Assembly: GCF_009914755.1 (NCBI RefSeq) | Contig: NC_060927.1 | DNA length: 64,000 nt | From: the human T2T-CHM13v2.0 reference genome, Homo sapiens | Direction: 5' to 3' (one strand) | In this document: one piece after another, positions 56,557 through 64,000 of the stretch | Layout of the letters: every line of letters starts with the position of its first letter | Numbering within the stretch: position 1 is the stretch's first letter | Notes under the pieces: generated by a model | Told to the model about the DNA's origin: nothing | The model's input: only the letters and a program-made list of their open reading frames with translations | The model's database searches: none | Translations under genes and position numbers: made by a program

Positions 56557-58440
56557 CCCTCTTTAAACTGTATACTTTAAATGTGTACACATTACTGTAT
56601 GTCAAGTATACCTTTTTATACTTAATAGAGCTGTTTAAAAGAAAAAGTTGTCAATAAATGAAAATTAAATTCAAGAAACTTCTAATTATCGAATAGAAGG
56701 CAGGAAAAAAGAAGAAGGGAAAACAGAGGGGAAAAAACAGAAAGCAAAATGGTAGACCTAAATCCAATCACATCAATAATTACATTAAAAGGACTAGGCA
56801 CTCCAATCACAAAGAAGAGAAGAAATAAAAAAGTATAACCCAACTATATGTTGCCTTCAAGACATTTACTTTAAAGAAAAACAAGTTAAAAGTAAAAGGA
56901 TAGAAAAGAATATACCATTCAAGCAATAAACATAAGACAGAATTATTTTATTAATGCCAGATACAGAGAAATGTAAATAAAGAAGTATTACTACAGATAG
57001 AGTAACATTTTGTAAGTGAAAAAAGGAACACTTTATCTGAAAAATAAATGTGTATGTACTAATAACAGAGATTCCAATTACCAAGAAGCAAAAAATGACT
57101 ACATTAAAAGGAGAAACAGACAATTCCACAGTCATAGTTGGAGATTTCAACCCCCTCTTAGCAAATGTTTCAATAACCAGACAAAAGTCAAAGACAAAGA
57201 TAACGTGAACAATACTATGATCTAAGTGCTATTTGTAGAACATTACATCCAATAACTACAGAATACACACTATTTACAAGTGTACAAGGTATGTTCACCA
57301 AGACACCATATGCTGTGTCATAAAATAGGTCTCAATAAATTTCAAAGGATTGAAGTCACATAAAACATATTCTCTGATCATAATGAAATTATATTAGAAA
57401 TCAATAAGATATCTAGAAATAAAACCAAGTATCTGGATATTCTACAACAACGTGTTTATTTAGAACACACTTCTAAACAATCCATGGTCAATGAAAAAAT
57501 CACAGAGAAACTTAGAAAAATGTTCAAAAACTGAAATGATTAAAAAACCACAACATAACAAGCTATGCTTAGAGGGAACTGTGTTAACTTTAAATGTTCA
57601 TATGAGAAAAGAAGACTTGAAATCTTTGATACAAAGTTTCACCTTAAGAAGCTATAAAAAGAAGAGCAAAGTAAATCCAAGTAAGCAGAAAGAAATACTA
57701 AAGAGTAGAAATCAATGAAAATGAAAATAATCAGCAACAGAGAAAATTAACAAGACCAAAAGTGGTTCTTTGAAAAGATGGGGGAAAAAAGCTGAATAAA
57801 TTCTAGATAGACTGATGAAGAAAATGAAGCACAAATTAACAACAGCAGGGATCAGCGCTTACAGGCATTAAAAGGATAAAAAGTAAACATTGTAACCAAC
57901 ATTATGACAAAAATAGAACATTAGAACATCTTCAATGAAATAGACAAAACCCCAGGAAAAAAAAAAAAAGCCCAAACAAACCAAAACTGGCACCGGGTGG
58001 AAAAAAAAAAAAAAATCTTATTATTAGCCTTATATCTGTAAAGGAAATTCAATTCATTATCAAAACCTTCCTAAAACTCCAGACTCAGATGGTTTCATTG
58101 GTGAATTCTTTTAAAAAAAAGTATTTAAAAAATTATTTTCAAAAACCGAAATAATACCAATCACATACAAACTCTCATAAAATAGAAAGAAAGGAAACAC
58201 TCCCAGAAAATAGAAAAGGGAACATATTATGAGGCTGCCATACCCTTAATACCAAAACCTGATAAAGATATCATAAAACAAGAAAACTGTAGACTAATAT
58301 CCTTCATAAATAAGAACACAAAAATCCTTCACAAAATATTAGCAAATCAAATTCAGTACTATAGAAAAAGGATAATACAGTTAACTCTTGAATATGGGTT
58401 TGAACTACATGAGTTCACTTATATATGCACATTTTTTTCA

Positions 58441-58775
<335 letters not shown>

Positions 58776-58793
58776 TAAAAAAAGAAAAAAAAA

Positions 58794-59102
<309 letters not shown>

Positions 59103-60650
59103 AGAAAAATTTTTAGGAGGATTGCTACAACTAGACATTTGTTATTACTCATAGAAGAATCACATAGCCTAGAAATATAAAAAAAAAATTAAGAGAAAGT
59201 TTATTTTAAAAATTAAGAAAAAATTAAGAAATATCAAAAAAACTAAGAGAAAAATTCCTCTACAAGATTGAGGATGATCTGATAGAGGAAATTCCTTAAA
59301 AACCTAAAACTAGTATCACAGCCAATGGTAAATTATGGAACACTTTCCTCTTAGATTAGAAACAATGCAAGAAAGTCCAGTCTCACCACTTCTATTAAAC
59401 AGTGTACTGGAGGCATAAAAATTAGAAAGAAGTAAAATTTGTCTTTATTTTCAGATGACATGATTGCTTACATAGAAAATCCTAGAGAATCTACAAAAAG
59501 AGACTAAAACCAATAAAATTAATTTGTTTATCAAGGTCACAGAATATAAGCTTAATAAAATTCAGTTGTATACTTACATATTAGCATACATTGGAAAATG
59601 AAATAAAAATAATTCCATCTATAATAGTATCAAAAATATTAACTACTTCAGAATAAATGTTATAATGTGCATAATTTCTCCAATGAAAACTACAAAACAC
59701 TGCTGAAAGAAATTAAAGATCTAAATAAATGGAGAGATATACTATATTCGTAGATTTAAAAGTACAGTAGTGTTGTCAATTCTTAAACTGATCAATAGAC
59801 TCCACACAATACCAATTCAAAATCTCATCTGTCTTTTTTTAAAAAGTAGAATTTGAGAAGCTGATTGTATAATTTATGTGGAAAGGACCTGGAATAGTCA
59901 AAGCAATCTTGAAAAGAAGAACAAAGTTGGAGGACTTATACTATTAATACTTGACTTCAAGACTAACAACAAACTACAATAATGAAGACCGTGATACTGG
60001 CATAGGGACTGACAGATAGATCAATATAACAGAACAGAAAATTCAGAAATAGATGTATTAGTCTTTGATTTGCAACAAAGGTACCAAAAGAATCCAATGA
60101 GGAAAGTAAAGTCTCCTTACGAAATGGTGCTGAAACAACGAAATATCCGTACAGGAAAAAACAAAACAACTTGACCTTCACCTTACAACACACACAAAAA
60201 TTCATTTGAGATTCAGAGACTTCAAATGAAAACTAAAACCATAAAGCTTGTGGAAGAAAGCATAAGAGAATATCTTCATAAACTGGGGCTAAGCAAAGGT
60301 TTCACAGACAGGACACAGAAAAAAAAAACAATAAAAAATGATAAATAATTAAGCTCATCAAAATTTAAAAGTGTGTGCTAATGAAAAGATATCATAATGA
60401 AAATGAATAGGCAAGCCACAAAGCCACAGCATGGGAGAAAATATTCACCAAACATATATGATAATAGATTGGCATTCAGAATATATAAAGAATTCCTACT
60501 TGATAATAAAAAGACAACTCAAATTTAAGAATGGGGAAATGATGTGAACAGACACTTCACCAACAGAAGGTGTACATATGGCTAAGAATCTCAAGAAAAA
60601 AAGTTCAACATAATTTGTCATCAGGGAAATGCAAATTTAAACCACAATGA

Positions 60651-61113
<463 letters not shown>

Positions 61114-62756
61114 CTAAATACATAGGTACTCTATGACCCAGCAAAGCAATTCCTCAACTAGTATTTACTGAAGATAAATGAAAACATATGTCCACATAAC
61201 TATTTGTATGAGAATGTTCACAGCAGTTTGATTCATAATAGCCAAAGCATGAAAAAGTCCAGGTGTCCATCAATAGGAAAATGCAGTACAATCATGCAAA
61301 AGGAAAATTCAGCATGTTCATAAAATAAAATACTTCTCAGCAATATTAAAGATTAAATTATAATACATGCACAATATGGATGAATCTCCAAATATGCTGA
61401 GTAAAAGCTTTACACATAAGAGGACCTATTGTATGGTTAAATGTATATGATGCTGTGAAACAGGCAAAATTAATCTATGGTGAAAAATCAGTAGTTGTCT
61501 TTGGAGGGGAAGGGTGAGGATGACTGTAAAGGGGTATAGGGATACTTTGTGAGGTGATGGTAATGTGATATATCTTGAATAGGGGTTTGGGTAACACAGG
61601 TGTATGCATTTGACAAAACTCAAGGAATGGTATACTTCAGATCTGTGCATTTAAAGGTTTGTAAATCTTACCTCAAAAGAAAAAGAACAATTATAAATAA
61701 ATATTAAAATATAGTCAATGATATGAATGCTGACAAATTTAGAGAGAAATGTACTGATGTCCACAACTTACAGTGAAATGTATTATAAATTTAAGATGAA
61801 CTGATGGATGGGCAGAGGGATGAATAAATAGATAGACATTTGATAAAGCAAACGTGCTAAAATGTTAATGATAGAATTCAGATGGTGGGTATACAGATGT
61901 TCGCTACAAAACTCTTGCAACTTATTCGAATGGTTGGAAAACGTCTTAACGAAACATTGGAGGAAAAAGTCGAGAATGGGAGAACAGAAGAGACTGGAAA
62001 GCCTAGATGCTAGAAACCAAGAGGCAAAAATTTTTATCAGTGGACAGCATAGCACAGGAATGACAGGACTCTGCTGACCAATATGTTTGTGAGTTTGGAA
62101 GGGTATAATCTTACAATGGAGATGACTGAATCTAGTTATCTCAACTTGACATTAGTCAATTAAGAACATCAAACTAACTGCCTTCATTCTGATATTCAGG
62201 CTCAATCAGCCTGAATCAGCCTTCGATGATTACAATCTAGCTCTCTACAGAGATTTTTGTAGATGAAAGAAAGAATATACTGGCCAATAAGAAGCTACTT
62301 GGCCATTATATACTTTTTTACTGTTAATTAATTAATGGGAACAATATGATTTCCATAGTAGACTTTTAAGTTTGATTAGACTGACTCGTGTTCACTAAAC
62401 CTGATCAAATCTTAGTTTACCAAAAAAAAAAAAGACTTCCGAACTGGGAAAATTAACTACAGAAGCAAAAGTAATGATTCATCTCCGATACAAATTGTTA
62501 AGACCTTAGAATCAGAAAGGCTTCTGAGACCATGGTATTTGTTATCTATTATTTTCTCATTCTTTATTGTTGAAACACTGCATTAATGCCTTTCATGATT
62601 CCTTTCAAATAGAATTGTCCTCAAAAAAGTATTTTTTCAGGCAGAAAAAACAGAAGGTTTATATAGCTCTCTGGAATAAATCCTCATTAGAGCACCGAAG
62701 TACAGATACAGCAAAGACAAACAGTTAATATTCATAAGAAGTTCACATTTAATTAC

Positions 62757-62872
62757 CTGTGTGCCCTCATTATAAACATCTGGGAAAGAAGTCTGAGATG
62801 CTGTTTCATGTTGTTGCAAGGGCAGTCTATTTAGAAATTGGCTAATTTCTTTGGATTTTTGCTGGAGCTGAT
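62757..62872 (-). CDS. GOLGB1: GOLGB1 exon 10 (QLQQKSKEISQFL...NEGTQ); gene continues beyond the window end
   Basis: 116 nt, ccttag/gtaatt, phase 1 in and phase 0 out; within ORF 62637-62912. Confidence 0.95.
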
Positions 62873-63100
62873 CTAAGGAAAAGAAAAAAAATAAATGTAA
62901 TATTTGCTTCAAGTCTGAAATGTAGTTATTATTATCTTCTAAAGATACACTGTATGCTGTTTACTAGTTTAGTTACCTTAGTTAAAATTATGATGCCAAT
63001 GACAACATTATTATTAGCTAAATGTTAAATGTTCTCAAGAACCAAAGGACACCTCAGTAAATCACTTCCTTCAAAAGTAAAATAAAATAGGCCTAGGCAC

Positions 63101-63410
63101 TTTTTTTTTTTTTTTTTGATACGGAGTCTCCCTCTGTTGCCTAAGCTGGAGTGCAGTGGTGCGATCTCGGCTCACTGTAACCTCTGACTCATGGGTTCAA
63201 GGATTCTCTTGCCTCAGCCTTCCAAGTAGCCAGGATTACAGGCATGCGTCACCATGCCTGGCTAATTTTTTTTTTTTTTTTTTTGTATCTTTAGTAGAGA
63301 TGGAGTTTCACCATGTTGGCCAGGCTGGTCTCGAACTCCTGACCTCAGGTAATCCCCCCCACCTTGACCTCCCCAAAGTGCTGGAATAGCAGGCGTGGGG
63401 AGGCCTAGCC
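63101..63410 (-). mobile_element. AluS
   Basis: Reverse Alu; TSD cctaggca. Confidence 0.9.
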
Positions 63411-63605
63411 CTAGGCATTTTTTACAAGTTCATTTTCCCTTTCCCCCTTGAAAATGGCTTTAGGGTTTTTGTTTTCTTCACTCTCGACTTAGGTATTATG
63501 GATCCCACCAAGATTCCACCACATGGTTTTAAACATCAGCATGCTTAAGAGAACAGCTTGCTCATGTAACACCCTGGTCTTGTGTGATGCCCTTCAAAAC
63601 TGTCT

Positions 63606-63931
<326 letters not shown>

Positions 63932-64000
63932 TTATTCAATACAAATTTTCAACTTAATTGTTTCTAAAATCTTTCCTTTATGTCTATGTCAATATATTAG

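Overview
Human genomic DNA, not prokaryotic: it carries an AluYb8 (a human-specific subfamily) and an SVA. From recalled protein sequences this is the 3q13.33 GOLGB1-HCLS1 locus. Two genes lie in tandem on the minus strand. (1) The 3' part of GOLGB1 (giantin): 13 exons, numbered 10-22 assuming the 22-exon model. All have GT-AG boundaries and consistent phases, they include a 5,189-nt and a 1,912-nt coiled-coil exon, and they end in the tail-anchor exon with two poly(A) signals. (2) Starting about 2.3 kb further on, the ETS/AP-1 promoter and exons 1-3 of HCLS1 (HS1). Introns hold a 7SL retrocopy, a U4 snRNA retrocopy, about 25 Alus, a complete SVA with TSD, old L1/HAL1/L2 remnants and DNA transposons. 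I found no CRISPR array, operon or novel multi-gene system. The best new lead is an inference: a canonical read-through splice from GOLGB1 exon 21 to HCLS1 exon 2 would be in frame and would swap giantin's membrane anchor for the whole HS1 protein. Other leads are a 15-nt alternative donor (VSKEK), a Ser1249 allele, repeated peptide motifs in giantin, young retroelements, perfect hairpins and short templated duplications around exons 16-17. Repeat subfamily names, pseudogene symbols and variant names come from memory and need database confirmation.
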